NCBI RefSeq assembly: GCF_009914755.1
Contig: NC_060934.1
From: the human T2T-CHM13v2.0 reference genome, Homo sapiens
Reading direction: 5' to 3' (one strand)
DNA: 64,000 bases
Each line of letters opens with the position of its first letter. Positions within the stretch are counted from its first letter, which is position 1. This document shows, piece by piece, positions 1 through 13,489 of this stretch. The position numbers were made by a program, and so were the translations under genes. The notes below the pieces were generated by a model. It did not search any database and had not been told where the DNA came from. It saw only the letters and a program-made list of their open reading frames with translations.

Positions 1-59
1 CCATCCACCTGGGCCTCCCAAAGTGCTGGGATTACAGGCGTGAGCCACCACATCCGGCC
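1..59 (-). mobile_element. Alu, 5' end of left arm (truncated by window edge)
   Basis: GCCTCCCAAAGTGCTGGGATTACAGGCGTGAGCCACC...GGCC is the reverse complement of the Alu 5' end. Confidence 0.95.
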
Positions 60-98
60 CAGTATAGTAGTTTTTGTGTGGAGGTTTTTATGTTAAAG

Positions 99-442
99 CA
101 GCAGTCCCCAACCTTTTTGGGACCAGGGACCAGTTTCATGGAAGACAATTTTTCCACAGAGCAGGGTTGGGGTGGGGGATGGCTTCAGGATGAAGTTGTT
201 CCACCTCAGATCATCAGGCATTAGTTGGTCTCATAAGGAACATGCTACCTAGATCCCTCACATGCACAGTTCACAACAGGGTTCGCGCTCCTATAAGAAT
301 CCCATGCCACTGCTGATCTGACAGGAGGCAGAGCTCAGGTGTTAACGCTCACTCATCTTCCACTCATCTCCTGCTGTGCAGTCCAGTTCCTAACAGGCCA
401 CAGACCTGTACAGGTCCTTGGTTCAGGGGTTAGGGACCCCTG
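99..442 (+). mobile_element. MER1B hAT-Charlie non-autonomous DNA transposon, full length
   Basis: Termini CAGCAGTCCCCAACC...GGTTAGGGACCCCTG; internal GATCATCAGGCATTAG and CTGATCTGACAGGAGGC; 8-bp TSD TGTTAAAG (91-98) / TGTTAGAG (443-450). Confidence 0.9.
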
Positions 443-1324
443 TGTTAGAGGACTAAAGTAAACAGATAGATGAGTAAACTATTTCTTGGATCCCATGTTC
501 ATGGATCGATATTCAATTGCTATGCTATTCTTTTGAGCTTTCTTACCAAATAAAGCTGTGATTACAATTCAGAGGTTTAAAATAAACTGCATTAAAAGCA
601 TAGGAAAAGCAATAAAGAAAATGGGTAATGGTCAAATAAAATCAGTGAAGTTTATCACTTAGTTTAAGATTTTGATATTGCATTATATTGCTCAATATTA
701 CTTATATTGATCACTCATGGTTTCTATAGTATTCATTCCAATTGCTTAAAAGGAAAGATAATGAAGTTTTATTTTCAGAAAAAAAAACAAACTATTTTTT
801 TGTAGAATAGATTAGTCTTCAAATATTTTGCTCAGAAATATCATTTAACTGATACCTAGGTTCACCTCCAATTTACTTTAACTAGTATTTTAAAATCTTT
901 TTAAAATAATGTGCCTTATAAATGTAAAATGTAAGATAGAACTTATTAATTTTTAGCAGCATAACAGGTTTGGATAATTCTTTTCATGGTAAAGATATCT
1001 TGCCAAACTTCTTGTGGCTTTGATTTGTTCTGAACCACCAGAGACACTCCAGGCTCTTGACCCCAGTCCCCAGGCTCTTCATTAGTAACTACAGGATGGG
1101 ATTAGATGACAGATGAGATTAAATTTTCTTTAGAAACCCTTGATTTGTGAGATCTGACCTACCGAGAGAATCATGTTTCCATATAAGCACAGAGCATTTT
1201 CCCCACTAAGCCATTATATGAATTACCCCAAACTCTTTCCAGAAAAATGCTCTTGGAGTAGACTGAATAGGAGAAGGAATAGAGAGAGAGAATTTGGAGG
1301 GTCTGCACCAGAAAAAACATAACA

Positions 1325-1520
1325 GCAACTAACATGCCTGAAACGTTCCGTGTCTTGTAAGTCCTGCATTAAGTACTTTACGTGTATCCACCAATTTTAT
1401 CCCACTAATAATCTTATGATGGAGATTACTATTACCCTTGTTTTTAAATGGGGACACTGAGGCTTGGAGAGATTTAGTGCCCAGGTAATGAGTAGGAATG
1501 CTGGGGTATATCTCCTGTTC
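1325..1520 (-). mobile_element. MIR SINE remnant
   Basis: Core-like AAATGGGGACACTGAGGCTTGGAGAG, preceded by TAAGTACTTTACGTG. Confidence 0.7.
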
Positions 1521-1824
1521 CCAACCATTACAAGTAACTGACAAACTGTAATCTTTCTTCTATGTTCTTTGATTTAAAACAACAATAATAATAAGGAAAT
1601 GAAATCTTTGTTTTTAACTCCATGCTGGGGCCAGTGCCAATGCTCAACTGAGGCTGGAGCTCTGGTTCATAATTTTTTTTATGGTAAGTTTGTTTCCGGG
1701 CTTGTGTTTCGCATGATAAGTCTGCAAACTATTATTGAAGCAGTCTGGCTGGAAACCATTTTGTGTCCTATAATTTTTCTAATTTACCACAGTGGGAAAT
1801 AGAAAGGAGAGAGAGCACCAGGCT

Positions 1825-1925
1825 AGCCATCTGAAGACGGCCTTCTCTTTCTGTGTGGCCTTAGGCAAGTTATGTAGCCTATCTGGACCTCTTACCACGT
1901 CTATAATAAAAGATTAGATTACACA
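1825..1925 (+). mobile_element. MIR/MIR3 remnant
   Basis: CTGTGTGGCCTTAGGCAAGTTA core. Confidence 0.55.
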
Positions 1926-2299
1926 ATTGCCTATGACACTGCAAACATTAACGTTTTGATTCTTCCTTTGGTCATAAATGACAACATAGGAACGTGGGGG
2001 ACATTGAGTGTTTTAGTTGATGTCAAACCCATAAACAGGAGTGGCGCACCTGGCATTCAAAACTATGTTTCTTAATTCCTGAGTCAGATATGTATTACTA
2101 CACTGTGCGGGCCCCTTTGGGGTCAACATCAACCCCAGTGCAGTTGGAAAGCTGTCTTGTAGGGTTATGCAATAGAGTTTTGAACTTGGCCCTGTCCCAT
2201 GTAACATTACCAATAATGTAACTGAGGATATAATGTGCTTGTCAAATTGAATAATGTCTAAACATTACAGTAATTCATGATATCATCTATAAAACAATA

Positions 2300-2990
2300 A
2301 AGAGTTTTAAATTCTTGAAAGGTAGGACTGATGAGGTAAATTCAATAAATGAAACCTCCTTGTTTTTGTCAGTGATTGAAATAATTTGTATAAACACCAT
2401 AGAAATGTCTGGTTAACAGCATATTAATTGACACAGGTTTAGTATTCAACAGTGTGAGGGTGATGTTTGAAAACTATAATCACAGGCTACAAAAGAAGTA
2501 TAGCATCCACATGCAGGTAACCCTATGAGTAGAGAGAGTAGTGGGGCTCAGTGTTTTTCCTCCACTACATACCTGAAAGATAAAGCTTCTACAGATATTA
2601 CTAAAAGTTTTGCAGATGGCAGCAAAGCTAAAAGCAGCAGCCACCAGTTGTGCAGAATGTGCAGCCTGTTAATTCAAACCCTTACCATTTGAGGTCTCAG
2701 TGATTGTGAACACCTGCTCTGCTGTGAAGACTAGGTGTGAACCATACAGAAAGGTTATCCTCAGGCTATAAAGCCACTTCTTACTGCCATGGGTGAACAG
2801 GGGCAGAAACAAAGCAAAAATGTGAACAAAGCCCCTAACATAGAGATGGTCATAGAGATTGTCCTTCAAATCAAAGCTGACAGAATAAGGAAGCTTTAGT
2901 TCAGACAGGAAGAGACTTAACAGGGATTTGGAAAACTCTCCTTATATAATTTGTAAGTATGGATACCCTTTCCAATTCATTCTCTGGCAG
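2300..2990 (+). mobile_element. Possible highly diverged CR1/L3 LINE fragments
   Basis: Weak resemblance only (AGAAGTATAGCATCCA; CCCTTTCCAATTC near the end). Confidence 0.25.
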
Positions 2991-3100
2991 CCTATGTAAA
3001 CAATTATTCTGGGTTATGAATGGTGACAATCTAGCCACATGTTCTTCATGTCACACAATGGAAACATCTGTAAAATACATGGATAAAATCAACATTTTGG

Positions 3101-3798
3101 TTTTTTTTAAATTATACTTTAAGTTCTAGGGTACATGTGAACAATGTGCAGGTTTGTTACATATGTATACATGTGCCATGTTGGTGTGCTGCATCCATTA
3201 ACCTGACATTTACATTAGGTTTTTCTCCTAATGCTATCCCTCCCCCCTCCCCCACCACCCCAAAACAGGCCCCAGTGTGTGATGTTCCCCACCCTGTGTC
3301 CAAGTGTTTGCATTGATCAATTCACACCTATGAGTGAGAACATGCGGTGTTTGGTTTTCTGTCCTTGCGATAGTTTGCTGAGATTGATGGTTTCCAGCTT
3401 CATCCACGTCCCTACAAAGGACATGAACTAATCCTTTTTTATGGCTGCATAGTATTCCATGGTGTATATGTGCCACATTTTCTTAATCCAGTCTATCATT
3501 GATGGACATTTGGGTTGGTTCCAAGTCTTTGCTATTGTGAATAGTGCCACAGTAAACATACGTGTGCATGTGTCTTTATAGCAGCATGATTTATAATCCT
3601 TTGGGTATATACCCAGTAATGGGATGGCTGGGTCAAATGGTATTTCTAGTTCTAGATCCTTCAGGAATTGCCACACTGTCTTCCACAATTGTTGAACTAG
3701 TTTACAGTCCCACCAACAGTGTAAAAGTGTTCCTATTTCTCCACATCCTCTCCAGCACCTGTTGTTTCCTGACATTTTAATGATCGCCATTCTAACTG
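3101..3798 (-). mobile_element. L1PA 3' end (ORF2 C-terminus + 3'UTR)
   Basis: TTATACTTTAAGTTCTAGGGTACATGTG terminus; ORF 3428-3790 gives the ORF2p Cys-rich tail [22 protein letters not shown]. Confidence 0.97.
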
Positions 3799-4028
3799 AT
3801 GGGAGAAAATTTTTACAATCTACTCATCTGACAAAGGGCTAATATCCAGAATCTACCAAGAACATAAACAAATTTACAAGAAAAAAATCAAACAGCCCCA
3901 TCAAAAATTGGGCAAAGGATATGAACAGACACTTCTCAAAAGAAGACATTTATGCAGCCAACAGACAACATGAAAAAATGCTCATCATCACTGGCCATCA
4001 GAGAAATGCAAATCAAAACCACAATGAG
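3799..4028 (+). mobile_element. Inverted 5' segment of the same L1PA insertion
   Basis: ATGGGAGAAAATTTTT...CAAATCAAAACCACAATGAG is the ORF2 sequence lying just upstream of the minus-strand segment in L1. Confidence 0.93.
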
Positions 4029-6400
4029 GTTTTTTTTTTTATTTTTAATTTCCCTTTAATTTGCACTTTCCAGCCCAGTGATACAGTATTTATTTCTGTG
4101 TATTTTCTGTTGCCAGATATGACTCATATTTATTTGCTATCTGCCCTTGTATGTCAATAATGGGTTATAAGGGTCATAATACACTTAATATGTGCATCAT
4201 TCAAACCTAATAAAAAAATTGTAGACAATCTACTCGAAAAATAAATGTCATCCTCCCCTTCCCCCAATGCCTGCAATCAGCCCTCATATATAAAGATCAA
4301 ATTCAACAATTTTCTTCAAACTAAACTCTACCTACATTTGAAAGGAGTTTCTTTTATTCTCTAGTGCAGTTATGCCATGTGTTACTATACCTTGGCCTGG
4401 TATTAGTAATGAATTTGTCCTCATGGGAATTTGTGACTTACTGGCAACTGTGTGAGTGCTCTTCACTGCTTTGTTAATAACCAGTTCTTTTCCTATAGAG
4501 CACGTTTTCCTTGGTGGATGGAAAGCATCCCTTCCTGGGGCATACACTTAATCAGAATATGTAGACAATTTCTATCTCTTAGAGAAGTAGGGACAACAAG
4601 CTTAAAAATAACTTACACAGAAGAACAGCAGCAAAGTAATTCGTTTGAATCCTTTTATTATGTTGTTGCCAGAATAAATATCTGTATAACAAGTTCCATC
4701 ATAGAAAATTATATTAAAGGAATTGTGATTAGGCTTGTCATTTCCCCAGTGTATGTACAAATGAGTTTCTTTATAGCTAGCTTTTACTGTATTCTTAAAA
4801 TATTACAAACATATATAGTCCACGCTAGCAATAGGAAATCAATGGATAGTTACAAGAAAGAATGACTTCATAATGATTTTTGACCTCCCAAGTCACCAGA
4901 AGATTTCAATATGAGAGTCCCTTCCCCCTACACCCCCACCCAGCACCCCCTGTTTCTCTCCTTCTCTTTTTTTCTCTGAACTAGCTTTAGCTGCATGGCT
5001 CCCATTTATCTTAATAGAAGTTACTTAATGAAGGTTATGCATATCGCTTAGTAACTCAGTGGTTAAATTATTCTGTTTTGTGCTTTCTGATCTACAGGTA
5101 TTTTTTTTTTTTTGCTTCAAACATTCACCAATATATTTCACAATTGCTATTTGTGTTTCTAGCCAGATAATTCATGAGTTTATTTTAAAGTATAATTATG
5201 CTTATGCAATTTCTGCAAGACATGATATTGACAACAGTGGCATAAGTTCCATCAAAATGTAGAATCTGGTATAAACATTGTTATATGTGTGTATGCGGTA
5301 AATATAAGCACACAAAATACTTCTTTAATTTTTTTTCTGAGTGACTAAGTAGTCGTCATAGAGGTTTAGTCTGAAAATGGACTAATAGCTGTTGCAATTG
5401 TCTTTTTCAGTTCAAAAATGATAGTTAAAAACTACACTAATTTGTATTAATTCTTACCAGAAAACGGTTTATCCTCTTGTACGTAATACTTTTAATTCTA
5501 AATATGTGTGTGTGTCCTGTAAACTTGCTTGAAATACTGGTTTGAAAATGTAATTGGTCTTTATTTAAACTGAGACAAGCCTGTATATGCTACAAATAGT
5601 TTATTTTAGCAAGTATAGTCTTTGATAATTTGAACTAATCTTTAAATTCAGTTCACCTTCTACTTAAAAACTTTAATGGTTTTCTACGTACTTCCTTCTC
5701 ATAAACCTCTGAAGATTTTTATGCATAATGAATAAATTTTATATTCTAAACCTAGAATTCAGCCCCTTGCACAGAAATCTCATCCTACTTATCCACAGTT
5801 TTATCTGTGACTCTCCAAGACAGAACTTCTCTTATGGCTAGAAAGGCTTCATGGGCATCCCCACACATTTGCTTCTTCTTCCCTCAAACTTATATCAAAA
5901 AATGCCTCCACTTTATACTTTGCCTGCAAATTTTACTCATAGATGAAGACAAGGTTAAGTTCTGCCTTTTCCATGAAAGTTGAATTATTATTGAATCTTA
6001 TTAAAACCCAAACTGAGCAGTTCTAGTTGAACCTCCTATGGGTGCAAGACTTTGTGACCAATAGCATTGCTTATTATAGATATGTAGGTGTTGCCTTTAC
6101 CAGTGGGGCAGTAACCACCCTGAAAACAAGAGCCTCATCACAGACAGGTTTTATATTCACCCTAATATATACATACAGACATGGAATAAATGACTTTTAT
6201 AAATTTGGAAGTCTTCAAACTTGAAAGTGTTCAGCTAGGTCAAAGCAGGGCAGCTGAGCTTTTGAGAATATTCACATCTGCAAGGATGTTTCCCTATCAG
6301 TAAGAACTTTCATTGATCCTATAAAATATATCAGTCAAAACATCTAGATTAAGTCATTTATTTATTTAATATATTAAAAATAGTAAAATAACTTTGACTT

Positions 6401-6482
6401 GTGGGTTGAATCATGCAAAATTCAACAAGTTTTATAGTTCAAGTGTGGTTGAACGTCAGCAAATTTATATGTTTCAACCTAA
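6401..6482. mobile_element. MADE2-like mariner-derived MITE (~80 bp)
   Basis: Imperfect TIRs GGGTTGAATCATGCAAAATT ... AATTTATATGTTTCAACCTAA followed by TA. Confidence 0.65.
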
Positions 6483-8058
6483 TATTTGCCAAAATTTTTG
6501 GATACAGTAGTAAATAAGAGGCTGTCCTTATGGAACATATAGTATAGCCAATTAGAAGAATTACATTTGATTTTATAGGACACTGAAAGTTCTCATTCTT
6601 GTCTAGATGATCTCATGACTGAATTTGTTTGGACACAAGTCCTTACAGCAATTAGATTTTAATAGTAGTTCCCAGTTATACTTGACGAGTAATGGTCTTT
6701 TAAAAAAATCAATCTCAAAAGGTTGAGATGTGCCCCATCTTCTCTTACCAATCTATTATTATGTTACCTGTAATCTGCCAATTTCTATAGGTCCCCTAAA
6801 CTGGTCAATGCATATTGTATTGTCTCTTAAATTGAGAAACTTTATAATTTCAAAGTATGTTCTACGTGCAATTAATGTTACCTTTTGTAGCTTCCTTTCA
6901 AGTTATTTCCCTATTATGACAAAAAGCTGTCACCTCAAAGTTGGTGAATGAATTATTGTTCCCCATATTCATGCACATCTTAATTATTAAGGCTTAATTC
7001 ATTTTTTTAAGCTTTATAATTTCCCAGACCAAAAATAAGAGATTGATTTCTTAATAGTTATCCGTACAAATAGGCTGTTTTGCCTTTCCTGATAACCTGC
7101 TTTGCCTAAATTATGAAAGAACAATTTGGAAGAACAAATTGTTCTCTGGAAGAACAGTGGCTGGAAAAAGACACAGTGTTCCAGAAGCTGATGCCCCACA
7201 GCTCCCTGCAAGGTTAGGGCAGTATTTTCTCTATTGTCCCCCTGATGATAACCTGCATATTGCTGGCCTTTTTGACTCAGAGCAGCACAAAGGGCTTACA
7301 AGTCTCCAAAAACTTGAACACAGTGACTCCATGTCTTGATCTGAGCCCATCATTTTAAAAAACATAAGTTGGATTCATTTATTTCTAAGTCCTTATATCT
7401 GTCTAATATAGACAAACATTATCTTCTGTGTTAATTATAGTAGATTGGTACCAAACTTGGTAAATTTATCTTATTTTTTATTCTTTAGTAGTATTTTGGC
7501 ATATCACAGACCAGAAAAGTTGTGTGCTATCAAGGCCTCCATTTTAAAGAAAAGTTTTAAATGCTGTCTAATAAGAAATCATTAATGATTCAGTTTTGAC
7601 TGTTCTTATTTTATCCTCTTTTAGCTCAGTGTTTTCGTAACACTCTACTATGTGCCTGAGATTATCAGCTGATTCCTTTCTATTGTGTTACTATTTCATA
7701 AACTACTTCAAAAGCATTTTTGTGTTCTCTTTTATATTTATGGAGGCATTTGAGTTATCAACTTTAGTTTTCTTTTGGGTATACTGGCCTTAGACTGATT
7801 TTAACACAATTTCAAAACTTGGTGTTCAGTTTTAGACAAATCTCCAGAGGCTCAGTCCTTTGATTCACATAAAACTACAAGAGTTTGTTGGCTTAGTTAG
7901 ATCTTGTATGAATCTCAGGTATTTGTGTGTGAAAGCCTAAAATAACACCTTCCCAAAATGTTCACTGCTTACTTTAATTTTACCTGATAAAAAACTTTCT
8001 TAGTGAATTTTACTTTAAGAAGCACTGTTTCACTCAAGAATATGGTTAAGAGATTTGA

Positions 8059-8410
<352 letters not shown>

Positions 8411-10724
8411 GGGGATACCATGTTTGTTAAGAAGAACATCATTCTGGACTCCACTAGACACCCTGCCTAAACTAATATAGAATATTCACTCAATGTGTCT
8501 ACAATGGCATCTCTTGTTTTACAATAATGACTTAGCTACTAGTTGCGATAGGTTTATTATTTAATCTCTATTACCTGATTTTGAAAGCATTGTTGCCTTC
8601 AAGGAAAAAATGGTAGATTACAATGTCCTTATACTAGACAGCTATTTTGAAAATCAGATTACCTGTTTAAAGATGCTGCATTTCTCCTTCTAACATTTTC
8701 ATGTGACCTAATTAAGCTGACCTTGTTTTCCTGAAGAATTGTCAGTAACTCGTGGTGTTCTCTATTTGGATTATGAAGCTGCTCAGTGTCTTAAGATTAG
8801 GGTGATGAGACTAAGGTTTTGCCAGTTTATGTCAAGTGGCCTTATTGACTTTTTTGAGAGCAGCTGCCAAGTTTTTAGCCTTCCGATAAGGCAATAGCAA
8901 CCTAACCAAATCTCTCTAAGAGAAGCTTTCCATAAACTATTAGTTAGGATGGGGGAAGTGTCTTTGCAAGGGAGGTTTTGTTTTTGTTATTGCTTTTGCC
9001 TAGACTCATCCTTCACTTATTATCAGTCACAGAATTCCGTGGCCAGGCTTATTTGAAATCAAGACAGTGTTTACTGATCATAATAGAATTGTGTCACCTT
9101 TAATAATACTCAATTCCCTTCCTGTGTATCATCAAATGCACACGAATACCATGATCATCTCTAATACTAAGTCTCTACTAGGAACTACGGGAACCTAAAA
9201 CTTATAAAATCCATTTGTTACCTTATTGAATGTGAACATGTAAAACTATGACCTTTCCTTAATCTCTAACTATTTCAACATTCCTGTCATGCCCCAATTG
9301 TAGTTAGAAAGACATTTTCATGTCTAGATTAGTTAAGAAAACAAAAATCATCTTATTAAGGAAGTCATTTTCTAAACAAGATTTGAGCTAATGCTATACT
9401 TTGTCTTTTCTTTTGCTGTCTTCTTTTTTAAAATTAGTTTTTTTTATGAAATCTCCATATAATTTTAGTACAAATGACGAAAGGAGATTATTCTGAGATA
9501 TGTATTTACTATCTGAGATGACCATGGTGCTTATGGTCATTATTTATCTTCCTTATTTTCATAAATGCCTGGGAATAAACCTCTTAGAGATACAAAATGC
9601 TAGTTTTCAAACTTACCACTATTCTAGATTTCCTGTTATTAATGTAAATAATACTAATTTTGGATAGTTTGATAGATTCTCATCAAATTAGTAGATCATA
9701 TTTGGAATGGCCTTACTTAAAAGATAGGTTCCATGGCTTATACGAAAGATATGGGCCATTCTTCCTCAAAGCAGCTGAAGGTGAGGTAGCATAGGAATCT
9801 GTGTAAGTACTGATAGATATTTGCCACATATATCAAGAATTCATGGGAAAACTATGGTTTCAAACATGAAACCAAAATTGATCATGCCAAGTAATCTGAC
9901 ATTGGTTCAATGTCAAAATTTTGTTACTATTTTCCAACCCTAAATGACAATGCAAACCTAAATAGATATGTTTTTCATTGGAAAGTATGTGTTGGGGTCA
10001 ACTAATGAGTCTCTAGGAGGATGCTTAAACCTTTATTAAGAAATACATGTCCAAATTCAGGCATATAAAAATAGTACCATGATATACAACTGTGCATTTT
10101 AATAAGTGGCCCTTATAACTTGAATTTCATAATTTTTAAATATGTTCTGTGTGCAATGGTATAACTTTTGTCATCACAAAAGCAAATACTCACATAATGG
10201 GTATTTAACTTGCAACCAACATGCATTTCACGTTGACAACTCTACATATCATGCTCCAAAGACTATTTATATGGACCTCAAACATATGGACCTCACTTCT
10301 GATCGATGCACAAGGATCCTTTGTTAAGGAATTCAAAGTTTTTCTCTGTTATTAAAATTATGGAAAATCATCACTAGAACGCTAAAATTTATTTTTTGCT
10401 TTATAATAAAACTTTTATTTGATGATCATTAATGATTATCCTGAAATGGCAATATAATACAACCATTTGATATATAAGAATAGTTCATTTATTAGTCAAG
10501 TTGTATAATTTTGAGAATTTGTTCATAAACAGATTTTAAGAAAAAGCATGAAGCTATTAATCTAATTGAATACAGTATATGTGTTTGTATGAATGAGTTA
10601 TTGGACAGGAAGGAATTTTTCTATTTGCTGTGGCAGATAAATATTCACTAAATGCTTTGAGATGGAAAGATTCAATTTAGAAATATCCTAGATATTTTGA
10701 GAGAATGGCATTGATACATGTGAG

Positions 10725-10796
10725 CTATCTTTGAAAAACTAATAATTGAGTGAGACTCCTCTATCATTGAAAAACTAATAATTGAGTGAGACTCTT
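10725..10796. repeat. 36-bp tandem duplication
   Basis: CTATC(T/A)TTGAAAAACTAATAATTGAGTGAGACTC(C/T)T x2, two mismatches. Confidence 0.95.
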
Positions 10797-12589
10797 TCGA
10801 CTACATCATGGAAATTGTTTTTCATATTTAATTATGAAAGATCCAATGTGCTTATTTGAAGTACTTTTCTTTTATCTCTATGGAGAAGACTAACCATAGT
10901 AAAAGCTTTGATTCACTTTTTAAGATTGTGCCTTGGCTCCAGCCTTTAAATTAGTCATTATACATTTTATTCTTCCCTTGGCAAGTATTTGAGGACCAAT
11001 TTTCTTTTTATTAACAGGGGAGAAATAATGGTTTTTTGAATAAGCTAATCATTCTTAGTATTTGGCCAGATTTCATTTTTCCCATCTTAGGCTGACTTTG
11101 TAAATAGTACTTAATATCTTGATAGCTATATACCCTACAGACTCAGTGATTCTTACTTTAAAATAAAGAAATACTTTCAGTCTTATCTCAGATGGTGATT
11201 ATGCTAAACATGTATTATATAAACACTAGAAAAATCTTTAAATTATTCAGAATAAGTACTAGCCTCCGTCTAGCACCACAATGTTTTCTTAAATTTCCCT
11301 CAAAAATTATACAGCAAAAAGTTTCTAATAATGTCTATTTCATTTTCTTTCTATTTAGTATACATTTAGCAAGTATAAAGGATATTCCAAACCTTGGATT
11401 AGATAATAATGGGAGATATACCTTGGATTTCTTGGTAGTTGGTAGTGTTTTTTTCTAGCAAACTTTTTCTGGACATACTATTTATTTATTAAAGGTGAGT
11501 TCAGGCAGCTCTCTGCTTCTTCTCACATATAGTAGCTAGATCATGATTCTCAATGTCATTCAATCCAGATAACCATAGTTACCAATATTACAGTCATAAA
11601 AACAAATAAGTTTCTTCTTATTTAAGAAAATGTCCTGAAAATTGCTTTATGTAATCAATCAACTCTCTCCCATTTAATGTGACCATACTACCTTAGCTCA
11701 CAAGAAACAACATAAAATGACAATTTTCATTCAATGGCAGTCATCAATTAGAAGCTGGTATGAAATGTTTAATGTAATCCAGGCTGTTGTGAAATCAAGT
11801 ATCTTTTCTGTGTCTTGAAAAACTTTGTCATGGTAGAAATTTTATCAGTTATTCACCATGAAGTTTCTTCTACCGTATTTTTACTGGCAGAAATCTAAGT
11901 CTTGTCAGTTTGGCTCCTGTCAGCAGGCAGACTATAGATACTGGAAAATACAGTTTAACTCCATCTAATTTCAAGTCTCACTAGCTTAAATCTATTGAGG
12001 AAGATTGCATAACTAAAACAAAAAAATTATGGATCCAAAATAACATAATGAGGACAGTAAAGATTAATTTAAGTGCTTTTTAAAAATTTCATCTGGCTTT
12101 TCTCTTGGAAGGCCTGTGCAACTCATATAATACCAGATTATTTAGTACCTGAATGCATCTGAACTTTGTTTAAAGTTGATAATTTTGTTGACTCATTCAA
12201 AAATCTTCTTGCTGAGCCCTAACTTGTTTTATCTTGGGATTTCACATACTTTTTAAGAGGTACAGGAAGGAGAAGCAATAATGAATGATAAAAGCTGTAA
12301 CTCCCTTCACTAGACTGTAAATAAAACCTTATATTAATTCTTTTGCCGTGACAGAAAGCAGTGCGATGAATACTTCTGGGGCCAGTTATTTAATCATTTT
12401 ATTTGGCCATGGGAAAATAGTATAGGTGGTTTTCATGCTTTTTTGTGTGTGAACTGTCATAATTAAGGTGAATTGGAAAAGAATTGATTACATAGTTGAG
12501 TGACATAAACTGTACTCTGAAAAGAAACAGTTTTAACCAGTATCATTTATCAGCTAGATCACTGTATTAGCATCCTAAAAATAAGTTCC

Positions 12590-12740
12590 TTGCTTCAAAT
12601 CTTGCCTCTTTCCATTCTCTCCTGAAAAGGCAGCCAAAGTGATCTTTGTGGAATTGAAATCTAACCATGTCACTTTCTTCTTAAAATCTTTATTTTGCCT
12701 CACTGTGGTTTTCAAGCAAAATTACAAACTCCTTGGTTGT
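12590..12740 (+). mobile_element. L2 LINE fragment (5' of the VNTR)
   Basis: CAGCCAAAGTGATCTTT...AATCTAACCATGTCACT...CAAACTCCTT. Confidence 0.65.
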
Positions 12741-12750
12741 GATTATTATA

Positions 12751-13442
12751 TACGTGTATATAATATATGTATATATTAGATACGTGTATATAATATATGT
12801 ATGTATTAGATACGTGTATATAATATATGTATGTATTAGATACGTGTATATAATATATGTATGTATTAGATACGTGTATATAATATATGTATGTATTAGA
12901 TACGTGTATATAATATATGTATGTATTAGATACGTGCATATTATATGTGCGTATGTGATACGTGCATATTATATGTGCGTATGTGATACGTGTATATATT
13001 ATATGTACGTATGTGATACGTGTATATATTATATGTACGTATGTGATACGTGTATATATTATATGTGCGTATGTGATACGTGTATATATTATATGTGCGT
13101 ATGTGATACGTGTATATATTATATGTGCGTATGTGATACGTGTATATATTATATGTGCGTATGTGATATGTGTATATATTATATGTGCGTATGTGATATG
13201 TGTATATATTATATATGTGCGTATGTGATATATGTATATTATATATGCATATATGATATGTATATATATTATACATATATCTTAGGTTATCTTAGTTATA
13301 TTTATATATTATATATGTATATATAATATGTACATATATAATATATACACACATATATTATATACACATATATAATATATACGTATATACACATATATAA
13401 TATATACATATATGTATATATAAAAATATATGTATATTTATC

Positions 13443-13474
<32 letters not shown>

Positions 13475-13475
13475 C
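12751..13475. repeat. Compound AT-rich minisatellite grading into (TA)n/(TG)n
   Basis: 6 x 30-bp TACGTGTATATAATATATGTATGTATTAGA, 2 x 28-bp units, 7 x 30-bp TA(C/T)GTGTATATATTATATGT(A/G)CGTATGTGA, degenerate tail, (TG)n near 13444-13464. Confidence 0.98.
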
Positions 13476-13489
13476 ACTAAGAGGTGTTG

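Noticed and set aside
3428-3790. 120-aa ORF with real protein similarity
   Set aside because: C-terminal fragment of L1 ORF2p in a truncated element; the same applies to 41549-41731.
4452-4865. 137-aa ORF in unique DNA
   Set aside because: Non-ATG start, AT-biased composition, no recognisable domain or exon structure.
12751-13230. CRISPR-like regular 30-bp repeats
   Set aside because: Head-to-tail units without unique spacers, no cas genes, primate context.
12712-13326. Longest ORFs (197 aa and overlapping Y/I/C-rich frames)
   Set aside because: Translations of the minisatellite, open on both strands because of periodicity.
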